A stretch of 64,000 nt of DNA from Octopus vulgaris (GCA_951406725.2 OX597814.1:159340001-159404000); one strand, 5' to 3'. Shown: positions 40,161 through 54,377, counted from the first letter of the stretch. A program made the numbers and translations. The notes: generated by a model not told the origin, from the sequence alone.

Positions 40161-41974
40161 ATATTAAGGAATACACAATTTATGAATAGATGGACAAAGT
40201 AAATTTGCATTTGCTTTAGTTTCTCTAGAAATTACTTTTTCATTTTCACTTCACCATATGTCCATTCGTTTGTGGCAGTTTTCTCCTTTGTAGATTGTTA
40301 TGCCTGCTAAAAAGATAATAGGAAATATTCCAAAATCTAGATTACTTTCCAAATACAACCTAATTTGAAATATTTAACTATATATCGCCCCTGTAGCAAA
40401 ACATGTTCACGAAATTTAATCAGAGGCGGACCCAAGGGAAACCTGAGGGGCATGTGCCCCCCTCCTCATCAAGAAAAGTACGCTCTTCTGTATAATGTTA
40501 TTACGTCTTTTTCTCCTAGAATTGTATTCCCTTCTGACCTTGTGCCCTTCCTTCGAAAAATTCCTGGAACCCCGCCTGTTAATGATGCTAATAGTGCAAT
40601 TTTTACAAAACTATTGTTGATATTACTGCTGTTTAGTCCTAGTAGAAGTAAGATACAGCAGGTAAAAGCTCAAGTGCTTTCCCTCTTTAGTTTTAAGTGT
40701 CTACCGTCTTTTTAAGAAGGTAGGGAGTGATTTGTAGGATATTTGGCTGTTCTTTCTTGCAGGTCTACGAGAACTGAATCTGTATCTTCAGTGTTCAGTG
40801 GTTCCAGCTAAATTCAAATCCTGCCATGGTCAACTTAGCCGTTTTTATTACTAGTCAAGACTTGGGACGACTTAATCGACTAACCGCACCCACCAAAAAA
40901 TCCTGGCCTCGTGCCTATGCAAGAAATTATCATTATCTACAAATTCCGAAGAAGCCAGCCTATGAAATGTACCAAAGTGAAATTAAATCTCTACAAATTA
41001 GGAAACGTTGCTGATACACAGAGCAAACTATCTGCTGAAAGTATATACATATAGATTTACGAGAGTAGGCAGCAGGTGGAAAATGTAAATAACACCACCA
41101 GAGCTGTTACTTTCTATATACTCCAACCAGCTGACTAGTCTAACAGTTAGTCAGTTGCTGCCAACGCAAAGAAACTAATCGCTAATACAAAAAGAGTGCA
41201 GCACTATTTTCACAGAGAATTTTCTCGACTACATCCTTACCTCTCTATTCTTTTTCCTTTTTTTTTTTTTTTTTTTTTTTTTTTGTTGTTGTTCTGGGGA
41301 TTTTTTTTTTTACTTCATCTCTTAGTTCCTCACCGCTTTCTAATAAGAAAGATTATTTTGATAAGGCCTATATTTCAGAAAATAGGTATTAAGAAGTAAT
41401 GAAATTCATGCTTTTACACACACGCACGCAGGGGCGGCGCGTACACTCACTCACAAATACACATACGCACACACACACATACTCACATACACACATACAT
41501 ACATACACACATACACACATACACACATACATACATACATACATACATACATACATACATACATACATACATACATACATACATACATACATAAGGCGAC
41601 TCACATGTATACATGAATGTGAAGTAGGTAACTAATTAATCAAGACTATACCTGTAATGAGTAGAGGTAAATATTATTAAACAGTTAGTAACTAAACTAA
41701 AAAGAGTAAATCGACAGCTGAAAATAAGATTATATGTATACGCGCGCACACACACACAGAGTTTAAATCGCCATTTATTTATTTCCACATTATCATTTTC
41801 CTATACAACTGAATTTTTACCAAAAATTTTAACTTTGTTGATGAGAAGGTTAAGAAATACAAAATTGGTCACTGAGGATTTTGATCCTTCAAATGAGAGG
41901 ATAAAGAATGAAGTAATTTAATCAGTATTGCCTCAGTATTTTTTTCTGCTTACTTATTCTGTGCAATGAATATA

Positions 41975-42285
41975 CTAGCTGACCCCGTGCCGTCAAAAAT
42001 GACGGCAAATTGTAGTATTTTATATATAGATGTGGATGGTAATTCAAATTAATGCACTTACCAATGTTCACAAACGTTCACATACTTCCCTTGTACACGC
42101 ACACACATACACACATATACTCACACAGAGTTGAAACGCTGTTTGATTTTTCTTTTCAGCGTTGAATGTTCACCATCCCACTTCCAGTTTGATATCACCC
42201 CTTCCTTCGTTTTTCATCAATCACCCTTTCCTTTCTCATTCATGTGTTGTGACGAAGAAAGACACAGAAGTATTATTATAGTAGA
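41975..42285 (-). mobile_element. Non-autonomous Helitron-like element
   Basis: On the minus strand it begins A|TC at 42285 and ends CTAG|T at 41975. Subterminal hairpin GCCGTCA-aaaa-TGACGGC; internal (CA)n. Confidence 0.75.
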
Positions 42286-43099
42286 TTATATTCTACCGAC
42301 TAGCATATGCATTCGTACATGCCTAATGTATAATTTCCTCTTTGATAGGGTATTTCTATATTGGAATCTCTAATTCAGACAAGAGAAAATTAAAGTAGAC
42401 ACATCAACAACACCCCCGAACACTATTACAACACCGTGCTGAAAACGCTATTCCTCTTATTCAATCCAAGTAAACATATAAAAAAATGCACTTATACATA
42501 CAAAGCGATGTAGTAATAGGAGCTGTATGTGATGTGCTGAGAAATTCACCATTAATGGTAAGAGTAAAGGAACATCAACTGTCACCTTCTAACCAAGTCC
42601 GCTTTGCTCACCACTTCTGAAGCCATCGTCAGATTCTTCGAGCCTACAGAGCCATCAAGAGAGCAGCTACATTGACACTCAACCTGCTAGATTAGCAATC
42701 AAATCTCCCTCAAATTACACTATCATCCTAGAAAAGGACATGTTGAATTATATTGTCTTTGGCTCCTTGCACATTGGGTAATGAAGGAATGGTCATAACA
42801 GGGATGTCTTTGATCAGGGTAAACCTAAAGCTCTAACAGGGCTCAACCACACTAGATGTACAGAAATAGAATGCGGGTGTTGAAAACGCAACATACAACT
42901 CTTCATATGTTTAACGCTGCATGTGCTGTAAGGGCCTTAATTAGGCGGAGAGGTTATATATGGAATAATGAATCTGCTGTCCGTACTTAGTTGTATGACC
43001 GACTACTTTATATGCAACAAGGACTGCTCGCTCAGGACTAACTTGGAGTCATAAAATAACAGCGCATTCCGTAATTCGTTCTAATCATAGCGCAAGGCC

Positions 43100-43265
43100 T
43101 TTGAGGGAAGGAGGAAATCGGTTCCATCGACCCAATGCTGGTATGTGTTTTATAGCTACCGAAAGGATGAAAGACAAAGTTGACTCAGTAGCATTTGAAC
43201 TCAGAATGTAAAACCAGAAGAAATGCTGCTGAGCATTCTGTCCGATGCGCTAACGTTTCTGCCAG
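43100..43265 (-). mobile_element. Diverged SINE family A copy
   Basis: GAAAGGATGAAAGACAAAGTTGAC...TTTGAACTCAGAA. Confidence 0.75.
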
Positions 43266-44266
43266 TTGGTTGGGGGCGGGCGGAAGTCTTGCCTATGGAA
43301 ATCACGCTAATAGTAAAGAATAAAGAAATTGTTATTATGAATATGATTATATAACCTACAATATAATCAATACCTGAATCCCCAAGGAAATTTATAGGAA
43401 AACGAATAGACACGTCAAGATCAAAAACTAATAAACGAAAGTGAATGTTTTGTTAAAAAATTAAGCATAAAATCCTGTATCGTAAAATTTTATTTTACAA
43501 CAAAATTCAAATATTTGTTTTTATGCCGACTAATTGTGCAGTTTTTGTGTATATTTGATGGTTGCCAGCGATATTTTTCACATTTAAATATATTTCAAGA
43601 ATTTTCTTTATTTAAGAAAGCAGAGTATTGCAAAAATAATTGTGCGTAATGAGTTAAAAACTACTACGTTTTGCCACGTCTGTTTACATCATTTATGAAA
43701 AGCAAACTTAACCGCTTATTTCAACATACGCAATACAAAATTTGAATTCTTGCCATTGCATCAATTTTCAATATTTATAACGCCTGCGCAGTTTTAGTTA
43801 CCGTATTTCACTGATTATATGGCTCACTTTCTCACCACCCAAAAATCTCCAAGTAAATCAGTTTTATAAACATAGGTCAGGGTTTAAGTCACTGACAAAT
43901 GGTGGTTCAAGAAAAACCTACCAAACTTGAAATGTGTCATAATCTCATGCATTTTATAAACCCTCAAATATTATGGTTTACTTAGTTCAATGTCTCAGAA
44001 AGATCAAAATTTTTTTCTAATTAGAAATTTTTACTCAAAGCTTAGACTAAGTTTGATGAATTAATTTTTCCGTATGAACATACTGCGTATTCCATACTTG
44101 CTTTACTGAGTAGATCTAATTGCGATCAAAAACATTCCCTGAATTATTATAGTATCTGCTAAAAATCAGATTCAGATTAACCTTTCTCCTCACCGCATAC
44201 CTTGAAGTTACTACTTTTCTTTTTCTGGTAAAACGATAAGAGTTACCATGGAGTGTAGCAAGTGGT

Positions 44267-44799
44267 TGCCACGATAAAGAAAGGATGAAAGGTACGAGAT
44301 GATACTAGTGGAGTTGAGTTCAGGTTGCGTGTAATGAATGCACAACACTCATGAATAATTAACAGAATTTTATTTTATAGCACAAATAATTCCCATACTG
44401 GTCGTGAATTAAAAATTACAACAAAGCTTACACACGGGAAAAAATATTATGTAGCTCTTACAAATAGTTAATTTAAAAGGTTCTGTAATTAAGCTGCCAA
44501 GACAAGAGAAAATATACACACTGGGTTCATGCCGGCGAACTGTAGCTTCAAAATCTAGGTTGAGTGAGAGTCCTGATGACGACTGTTAAAAGCAGCAAAA
44601 TGAGTATGTGGTTACCTTAGCTGCGGGCAGCAACAAGCTGACGTTTGGCGCTCGAAACGTGCCTATTTATAGGCTTTGTTTGGAGACTATTCTGGAGGTT
44701 TCTAGAATGACGCATCACGTGATGTCTGGTTGCTGATTGGTCCATAACTCGTCCGATCACATGAATTGGCTGTTACTAAGCCGTGATTTTAACTTGGCA
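44267..44799 (-). mobile_element. Possible solo LTR
   Basis: TGCCA...TGGCA termini. On the minus strand CCAAT boxes, TATAAATA and a downstream AATAAA occur in LTR-like order. No clear TSD. Confidence 0.4.
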
Positions 44800-44829
44800 G
44801 TTCGTCGATTCAGTTTCAAACCTTGCTAT

Positions 44830-45060
44830 AGCTCTCCTGTGTGACCCCTCTGTCCGGCATTCGCCATGATAGATTGCTAGCCACCAAACCTTTTCTTGTT
44901 TTCTCTCCGTTTATTTCTGTATTCCTTTTTGTTGGAGAGCGTAAGCTCGAAACGTAAAAGACTTTCTCACTTCCCGAGTGTTAAACTAATACATCTGTTT
45001 GTTGTTTACACACTCGTCTTCGTCTTTTGGGGGGTTTTGGAGGGGTGTAAATTCTTGCTA
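44830..45060 (+). mobile_element. Penelope-like terminal repeat fragment
   Basis: Contains TGGAGAGCGTAAGCTCGAAACG, a decayed TGANGA-stem-GAAA motif. Confidence 0.5.
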
Positions 45061-45317
45061 TAGAAATATTGGTAAAAGAAACTTGTAGTGCCTTGAGTCA
45101 ACAAAAAGTAATACAAGTACTTCCAACTTTGGATTATGATGGAACATGAGTTTGACGCTTCGGGCAATTGCCATTTTTCTTTGGAAAGCGAGAAATACTC
45201 TTATCGCTAAACTGCAAAATTTAGAACGAGGAAAAAACGAAGTGGTGAAGTCATATTATGAGGTAGGTGTGTAGAAAAAGAGATAAAGTGATGTTGGATA
45301 GGTAGATAGACAGGCAG

Positions 45318-45318
45318 G

Positions 45319-45406
<88 letters not shown>

Positions 45407-45502
45407 CAGTTAATATAAACACACCTACAGAATGCACATATACATGCAAAGACATATGTATATATGCATGTATGTATATATATATATATATGTATATATG
45501 TG

Positions 45503-45547
<45 letters not shown>

Positions 45548-45914
45548 TAGCAGTATCGCCCGGCGTTGCTCGGGTTTGTAAGGGAAATAACTATAAAGCA
45601 TTTTTAGAGAGTTATAGCCAAAAAATAGCAAAAAAATGGAAAAAAAATGATGGTAATATTTTTTTTGATAGTTAAAAAGGTCGAGTTGCGTCCCCTAGAC
45701 CATCTGTGGTTTGTGTTTCTGATTGTCGACCCCATGTCGAATTTATCGATCTTTTTCAGAACTGGGGTAACTTTTCAAAATTTTCGCTGCGTTAGTTTTG
45801 AATTATGACATTGTGCTATGTGTGTGTCAAGTTTCATCAGAATCGGTTGAAAGCCGTGGTCAGAGTGAGGGTACAACCAAACAGACACACAGAAACACAC
45901 ACAGACAAACTGCC

Positions 45915-45968
<54 letters not shown>

Positions 45969-46192
45969 AGAGTAAATAATTTCTATAATGGTTTTTAAAA
46001 AAACAACAATTATTTACTGGTAGAATTCGGTATGTAAATATAGCCGAGCATTTGATAAATCTATTTCAATGGAAAGTTGCGCTGAAGACGGATGTGAAAT
46101 ATATATGTAATATATATGAAATATATATATATACATATATATATATACATATATATATATATACATATATATATATACATATATATATATAC

Positions 46193-46237
<45 letters not shown>

Positions 46238-46261
46238 CATATATATATATACATATATATA

Positions 46262-46328
<67 letters not shown>
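45318..46328. repeat. Cluster of (GATA)n, (TA)n and (TATACA)n microsatellites
   Basis: Seen directly at 45318-45546, 45918-45965 and 46100-46328. Confidence 0.9.
45547..45920 (-). mobile_element. Non-autonomous Helitron-like element inserted in (TA)n
   Basis: CTAG terminus at 45547-45550 with hairpin CCCGGCGTTGCTCGGG; (ACAG/ACAC) microsatellite near the other end. Confidence 0.7.
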
Positions 46329-46330
<2 letters not shown>

Positions 46331-46567
46331 TAACTCAGTGTTTATCCAGCTTTGTGCAGAGCTTTTTTGTTTTAATTGGAGAAAAGATGATTCTGACATT
46401 CATGTTTGAACCAAATTTGTGACGCAAAAGAGCTACAGTTGGGGCAGAAATCTAGTTATGGACGTATATTACATTCATTTGACGCGAAACTGTATGGTGG
46501 TGTTTATTAGTTCGTTAAACGAAAAGTTGCAGTGCATCATTGATTTGTTTGCAAAGCGGATCTTTTC

Positions 46568-46702
46568 CTTTTGAACGGCACTTTATAACATAATTTCTAG
46601 GTAACTAAAAAGTTTTAAACTTCGTATACTTGTAGAATGTGTTTATAAAACATCATTTTCTCTTGGCTTTATTGAGAAAATTCTATAGTTTGTAAGATAT
46701 TT
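46568..46702. mobile_element. Single-arm fragment of the palindromic MITE seen at 50883-51496
   Basis: TTTTGAACGGCA...AAACTTCGTATACT.GTAGAATGTG...TCTCTTGGCTTT.TTGAGAAAATT is shared. Confidence 0.8.
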
Positions 46703-48719
46703 CGTCTGTCTGCTGTCACAGTAATACCTCCCTATGTGGCACCATGTTGTTGCTGAAACAACTTACAATGCCATCCGCAAAAAAGACTGTCCTGAAATAA
46801 ACTTAGAAAATCTCTCTATTATGGAATACATTCATAAACACCAAATCAAGGAATACTGGTGGAATATTTCCATCAAAACTTCTGTCAAATGTAAGTATTG
46901 TTTAGGATAGAGAAGCAAAGGTATGTACCATCATAGAGGTTAGCTGCCCTGCAGATATAAGTATCTTTTTGAAAATCAAAGTAAAAGAGGATATCTATTC
47001 ATACCAATAATAATTGAAGTACTAGGTTTTGTTAGTAAACGCTTAAAGAAGAATCTGGATAGAGAAATTGACCGGCTGATTCGTACATTACAAGTCCTAT
47101 CTATGAGTAGAACAGTAAAAATATGCAAGACTTTTCTCAATTTCCAAATGTGAATGTGTCTGTGTTAACTACATCCCAAAGATGGAAATTTGTATCTTTG
47201 TTGGAAACCGACTCCCTCCTCTGTGGAAGATTTATAATAATTAAAAAATATAAGAGACTCATGTATGCATACATACATATGTGCGCGCGCGCGCGTGTGT
47301 GTGTGTGAGTGTGTGTGCACGTGTATGTATACACACACACACGCACACAAACACACAAACAAACACACACACTCACACACACGCACACAAACACACAAAC
47401 ACACACACGCACACACGCTCACACATGCTTATGAAAAAAACTTATAGACGCCCTTTGAAGTACTGTCTCGATCAAAGAAAAGATTATTGTAATTATCAAG
47501 TCTGAGGCACAGGACGATAACGAGAGGATAATAAATGAGCTTGTTACAATCTCTATAGGCGTTTTAAGACTCTCCTAGAGTGAAGATAATTATGTATAAA
47601 ATTACCAAAATTTTTTTTTAATAACTGGTAATTATCCAACGAACAGAATTTTGTCTGCTAATCGAAAACATGTCCGGAAAATCCGTGGCCACATCATGTT
47701 TCGTTCAGTTAGTTCTGATTTTTGATTGTGTGAAATTGAAGCATCTAACTATAAAGAACAATTATTGGCATGTCTGTTTTACAAGTGTTCGCATAACATC
47801 TGATAATTAGCAATGGCTGCTTCACCCACTACTTAATTTATCTGAAGCTTACATCTTCTGTACCGTCTAGTCGTCTCAGTTCTTACAAGCGGTATCAATT
47901 TTCTGTGAGACAGAATTCTTATCACATAAACTTGAGATGCGATATTTCACACAAGTCTCTTTATATATAGTCTATAAATAAATACATTATAAACGTCAAA
48001 GACTTAGGGTACTATTAACAGTAATATCAGTTATTAAGGATTTCTTACATTGGCACAGAGCCATAATTTGTTGCTGAAAAGTATCGATTTTATTGCATGA
48101 CTGGTGCTTATTTTATATGCCACCAAAACAGAAGAAAAGTAAAACTTACAGGAGGTGTCACTAAAAATAAAACAAAAGAAAGCTTAATGTATTTAGTGTG
48201 GTAATCCCAGTTTCTGCCATTCTTCACCCGGTAGTAGCACTAAATGAACTCATAAACACATCAGTTCAGAAAACCAGTACGTTAAGCATACCTATATAAC
48301 TTGGAACACAATTCAACATGCTAAGAAGACAGGAAAGACCTTCATGTTATCTGGTTTGACCAGGCAAATGTTTATCGATTAGCCTACCGAGTGCTGACCC
48401 ACAGAACATTTTCTTTTTTATATTGCTACAAATGAAGCGACTTCAGTGATATCTTGAATGAAAATTATGCATCTTGCTTTGTCAACAAGAAATTTAAGAC
48501 CTGCTAGAAATCTCTGGAGACAGACATCAAAATGAGGTATCGATATAGCTTTGAAACTGGCAATGGGAGGTGTACGAAGGTACTATGAGAAAAGAAAACC
48601 GGAGAACACTGGGTTTTGCAACTGTTGCGTGCTTTTACGAATGACAATACCGTCACAGTGGAAACAAGAAACTAATCAAAACCTCTCAGAAAAGTTAATT
48701 CAACTGCGGTTGAATTAAT

Positions 48720-48970
48720 TAATCCGTTTATCCGTCCTTGTTTGTCCTCTCAGTGTTTAGCCCCTTGTGGGTAGTAAAGAAATAGGTATTTCGTCTGCCG
48801 TTATGTTCTGAGTTCAAACTCCGCCGAGGTCGACTTTGCCTTTCATCCTTTTGGGGTCGATAAATTAAGTACCAGTTACGCACTGGGGTCGATGTAATCG
48901 ACATAATCCCTTTGTCTGTCCTTGTTTGTCCCCTCTATGTTTTGCCTCTTGTGGGTAATAAAGAAATAAG
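48720..48970 (+). mobile_element. SINE family A copy with tandem 3' duplication
   Basis: Family core and duplicated GTCCTTGTTTGTCC...TGTGGGTA.TAAAGAAATA. Confidence 0.85.
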
Positions 48971-49039
48971 AAACTATTCTGACGATGGAAAAGGCGATAA
49001 GCGAGATGCAAGGTTGGGCCGGGATAGTTACGGAACAAA

Positions 49040-49975
49040 TATATGCACTGACAGTGCACTCTGAAGAGCAAACGCAGAACCCCGTGGACAAACTCTCAAA
49101 GGCCTGTCAGGAATTTAGCCTGATTATCAGTCTGAAGAAGATTCAAGTAATTGGTCAAAGTGTCAAGTACGCCCACACCATCACCTATCTCGGCTCTACC
49201 ATCGCTAATGACCTCTCCCTGGACCCTGAGATCAACAGGCGAATCGAACAAGCTTCCTCTACATTTGCCAGGCTCACAAAGAGAGTTTGAGAAAACAAAG
49301 AAAACTGGCTCCAAAAACCAAAATTGTTGTCTATAAGGCGTGCGTCCTTAGTATGTTACTTTATGACAGTGAGACATGGAGTCTCTACTCTAGACAGGAG
49401 CGGCGCTTCAACGTTTTTCACCTTTTCAGTTTAAGACGCATCTGGGACATCAAGTGGACCGACCACATCACCAACACCGAGGTCTTCAACCGAACCAAGA
49501 AACCCAGCATACACATCTCGCTCCAGCAGCGTCATTTGCGCTGGCTCGGTCATGTTCATCGCATGCCAGACGGAAGGATCCCAACAGACCTCTTGTATGG
49601 GAAATTGGCTACCGGCACAAGAGCCCGATGATGACGTCATCTTCGTTTCAAAGATGTTTGTAAGAGAGATATGAAGTCGCTTGATCTGGACTCCTGAGAT
49701 GGGAGGAGGTTGCAAATGATCGTCCACACTGGAGGCAAATACTGAAAAAAGGGAATGAAGAGAGCGGAAGAAAAACAGGTACTCGCCATCAAATAAAAGC
49801 GCACTCGACTGAAGGAAAAATCATCAGCACCAGCAGAGAGCTCCTTCAAATGCAGTCGCTGTAGGCGTGACGGCCACTCCCGTGTGGGCCTGTACATCCA
49901 CAACAGGCGCTGCACCACCATCAGCAGCTGACACGATTTCCTTGGGCACAGATCCATGGCCTCTCGAGATCGGAA
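49040..49975 (+). mobile_element. 5'-truncated RTE/BovB-type LINE
   Basis: TYLGSTI..DLSLDPEINRRI..AS..FARL, VYKACVLS.LLY.SETW, RWLGHVHRMPDGRIP and a terminal C..C...H...C zinc motif; premature stops. Confidence 0.9.
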
Positions 49976-50084
49976 TGAGAAAATGTGGCTAAATATCTAA
50001 TTCGAATCAAAATGGGCTGGAGAGACAAACCAGAATTTTTAATTAAATATGTAATGCAAACTAGGCTGTGTAGCTAAGAATCAC

Positions 50085-50455
50085 GCTTTTTTAGCCACGT
50101 GAATTTGGATTCTGTCTCCTTGCGCGACACTTTGAGCAAGTGTAGAGTACTTCCTTCTATAGACCCGGATAGACCAATACTTTGTGAGTGTATTTGGTGG
50201 GCGGAAACTGTGTGGAATCTCGTCGTGTATGTGTGTGTGTGCGTGCGTGTGTGTATTTGCAACACCACTACTGCTTGACAACTGGTGTTGGTTTGTTAAC
50301 AGCCCCGTAACTTAGTGGTTCGGCAAAAGAGCCGTTAGAATAAGTACTAGACTTCAAAAAAATAATAATACTGGAGTCGATTTGTTCGACTAAACCCTCC
50401 ACGGCGGTGGCTCAGCATAGCTGTAATCCAGTGATTGAAACAAGTAAAAGATTAA
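50085..50455 (+). mobile_element. SINE-like family B copy with an adjoining fragment
   Basis: CCCCGTAACTTAG(T)GGTTCGGCAAAAGAG...GAATAAGTACT core. Confidence 0.75.
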
Positions 50456-50497
50456 AATTCTATATTTAATTTTCAGAGTTGCTCCTTTCCTTTATCT

Positions 50498-50550
<53 letters not shown>

Positions 50551-50781
50551 AATTAATAAATAAAATATATGCATACATACATACATATATGTACGTACCT
50601 ACATCTACATGTATATATACATGCATATATAAATATATATATGTAAGTACAGGACACCACAAATAGACGTAGAACTCAACGAGAAACGAAAACGTAAAAA
50701 CAAACATGGAAACGGACTTTTTTTAACAACGAAAAAACTGAGTACAAGACAAACAATACAAGGAAAATTCCCCTTCATCAG

Positions 50782-50876
<95 letters not shown>

Positions 50877-50882
50877 TGGTCA

Positions 50883-51496
50883 TTTTGAACGGCAGATGTC
50901 AACACAATTAACTAAACACTTTAAAACTTCGTATACTGGTAGAATGTGTCAAAATAAAACATTTTTTTCTCTTGGCTTTCTTGAGAAAATTGTAATTTGT
51001 TTGTTTAACGTAGTTTAATTTTTCGAATTTTAACCAATCCTATGCTCTCTTTTGAGCTAAAATCATTTGCTGCGTCTAAAACTGAGACAACATCCTGTAA
51101 CTAACCCTAAACCTCCCCCCTAACCCTAATTTTTTTTCTTAATTGTTAAATTAATTTAATTGTTACGTGTGTAAAAAAAACTAAAGCAATGGAATTAAAT
51201 TAATTTAACAATTAAGAAAAAAAATTAGGGTTAGGGTTAGGGTTAGGGGGGGAGGTTTAGGGTTACTTACAGGATGTCTCAGTTTTAGACGCAGCAAATG
51301 ATTTTAGCTGAATGGAGGCAATCGATTGGTTAAAATTGCCGAAATGCTCGGATTTTCAGACGAAATATCTTACAAACTATAGAATTTTCTCAATAAAACC
51401 AAGAGAAAATGATGTTTTATAAACACATTCTACCAGTATACGAAGTTTATAAGTGTTTAGTTAACTAGAAATTGTGTTGACATCTGCCGTTCAAAA
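50883..51496. mobile_element. Palindromic foldback MITE with internal telomere-like (TAACCC)/(TTAGGG) repeats
   Basis: Arms TTTTGAACGGCAGATGTCAACACAATT... and ...AATTGTGTTGACATCTGCCGTTCAAAA; most of the element is self-complementary. Confidence 0.85.
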
Positions 51497-52001
51497 GGAA
51501 AAGATCGAAGATGAAAATTTGATTGGCGTCCCTGGATATTTCGTCCACCACCACTAGTCATTCTATCGTGTTTATAAACACAGTAATTATCTTTGGTAGA
51601 AACAGTAGTGTGCCTAATATAATACGTAACTAATGCTTTTATCCGTCTACTTTCCGTATTCAAGTTTCAAGCAGTAACTTTGCCATCAATTCAGAAGTAC
51701 GTATAAAACTTTCAGAAAATTGGCCTTGTGCCTAGTGGAAAGAAATCAGCTACAGAACTAACAAAATGAGGGAAATTCTAAAATCTGGAATTCGGCAGCT
51801 CAAAGTGCAGAAAATTTCAAGCCAAAGAAAAGTAAATATTCTCAGAATATCATCGTTTTTAGAGTAAAAAAATAGAGGTTATTTTACGGTTATCAGATAC
51901 TTGCATATTATATTACTTGTTAAGAAATTACTTTTAATGCTAATTTTTTATTTCGTTTCGGTGTATTTCAGCGAGTTTTATAATAACTCTAACTAATTTC
52001 T

Positions 52002-52013
52002 AAAATGGCTGCC
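52002..52013 (+). promoter_or_regulatory. YY1-like motif near the XAB2 transcription start
   Basis: AAAATGGCTGCC lies about 60 bp upstream of the XAB2 ATG, a common position in housekeeping genes. Confidence 0.45.
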
Positions 52014-52069
52014 TGCTAGAGGATTTTATTAAAATGTTTTTAACGATTTAATTGGTATAAAGAAGCAAT

Positions 52070-52102
52070 ATGCCGACATCTGTATTAAAAGATATATATT
52101 TT
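52070..52102 (+). CDS. XAB2: Pre-mRNA-splicing factor SYF1/XAB2, coding exon 1 (MPTSVLKDIYF)
   Basis: ATG...TTT|GTAAGT, phase 0. KDIYF-EEDDLPYEE parallels human PDLVF-EEEDLPYEE. Confidence 0.8.
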
Positions 52103-54239
52103 GTAAGTATGAATAATTAAATTAACATTATCCAGTATTTATCTAATCTTGAATACATTAATTTTAAAAACTTTTATTTCTTTTATAATAATTTGCCGAA
52201 GAATTTACTCGACTTCTATTTCCTTTCTGTTTCCCAATATTGTATATTGAACTTTCTAAATTAAATGAAACATAATAACTTTATTTATTTCATTGCAATA
52301 ATGTTATTATAAAATTCCCTGTCATTTATCCATGTGAGCATATTTACGTGCTTTTCAATTTTCGCTCCATTCCGTCTTACCTTATGAATAATCTCCCTTG
52401 TGTTTTGAAATATTTCTTAACTTTAATATTACTACATTTTTTTCATTAAAAACCGTACAAATGTTCCTCCTCTGTTTAATAAAAAAAATTCCAAGGGCAG
52501 CTCTATTTGGTAAATAACTTATTTACATTGGGTGCTCGTAGTTTCTTTTATTTTGTTTATAATAAACAAGACTACAATAGTTACGAGAGAACCGGGTTAG
52601 ATCCACAGTATTACACAAGTGCGTCGAGTCTCTGAAGTCAAATATCACTTGGATCGCTTAATTTTTCAGTTTTGCACTTGTTACAGAAACTACTCCACAG
52701 ATTTCTAATAACTTGTTTTTCTACCTCGAATGATTAAGCTCAATTGAAGAAAATATAACTCAATCTAATAAAAATGTCAAAGTTCAAACATGTGCTCGAC
52801 TCTCCAGTGACAATAAAATATTGGAAATGTTTCATGTATTTTCTTTAGTTTGAGTTTAAAGGAGTGAGTAGATAGGGAAATTTCTATCAGATCACATCCC
52901 ACAGTCGTTCCTTCTTCCACAAAGGTGTCAAATATCCCTCAAATATCAACTAAGGTGTCAAATATCCCACATCGTACTGCCTTAAATAAGAGAATACATT
53001 CCATGTTGTAGTCTTATATAATCTTAAAAACGGGATGGTCATGACTAGAATCCTTTTGATCAAAGGTTTGCTAAATCAGATTTGACCTCAGTCTAAGCAA
53101 GAACATTGATTAGAGTTTTAAAAAATGCATTGGATGAATTTATACATCGATTTCTAAGGGGGAAAACCCTTGTTGTAATAAGGAATAATTGACTATACTC
53201 TTTTTTTTTTTAATTTATTTTTTAGCTTTGCTAACTACTTTAAATTAATCTATCTTTAAAAATATATTAAATGAAGTTATTGATGTTACATGTATATTAC
53301 AAATAGATTAACATTTAAATGATCTAATATCAAGATTGCATATTATAATTTCTCCTGTCACTCCCAACATTTTATAAAGTTTTTTACTAGGGTGCTAATA
53401 ACGCTATTTTGTGTCCAAATACTCAGTTTTGACAAACCTGGATTATAATACAAAAATATATTATATTAGTATTTGATTTATAATTAAATACAGCTTCGTT
53501 AATTGACATACACTCACAAATGAATCTCTAGACCACAGATGTACTTTTTCTTCCCTCTCACTTTTTACTGCTAAATGCTACTACAGAGATCTCTAATCCT
53601 TAGAACTCCCTGGTCTTGTGCCACTTTTGCTCAGGCACTTGAGACTGATTCTTCTCTCATCCTCTTGTCACCCATACTGTGTCCACACCTCCAGGTCCTG
53701 CACTAGCCACTATGCCTAGTCCTTGCTCCCTAAGATATCATCCCTCTGGAATTCCCTCCCTGAACATGTTTCTCTTGTATGCTTCAGTTTGCATCTGTTC
53801 AAGAGGGGCATTTAGCCCAGCCATCTCACAATCCTTTCCTCTAAATCAAACAAAAAAGAAAAAATTATCTGCCACAATAAGGTCTTCTTGACATGAAACA
53901 GCTTGCTTCAAATGTAAATATGTTACCATTTTTGATTCTGAAAGAAATAAAATTAGCTGCAGTAATCCACATCTCATTTTACTTAGGTTAAACCATAAAA
54001 ATTAGATTAGATATCTCTTTAGAATTTCTTTAAGATAACAAAATATGTAAAAGCTGTCTGTTGAAGAGTGAAGTTTGTTTTATCTTACAAATATGTGTTA
54101 CTACACTTAAGATATCCAATTTCATTCACCTGTGAATGTAGTCCACCAACTAAATCATTATGTAGATAATTCTAATTTGAACATTTTATTCAAATATTGG
54201 AATAGGATATTATTTTAACTTCATATTTGTTCTAATACT

Positions 54240-54293
<54 letters not shown>

Positions 54294-54377
54294 ATACATG
54301 CCCACAATAGATAGGTGTAATCACTTATATTTTTGCCAACCATCATTATACTGTATGTCTGTCTTTTACATTTCCAG

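Noticed and set aside
50640-50790. CTGATGA-stem on the minus strand as a hammerhead ribozyme
   Set aside because: The stem is followed by GTAT rather than GAAA, so the core is incomplete. Probably a Penelope-like repeat remnant.
51090-51265. TTAGGG repeats as a chromosome end or fusion scar
   Set aside because: Only a few units, embedded symmetrically in a multicopy palindromic element.
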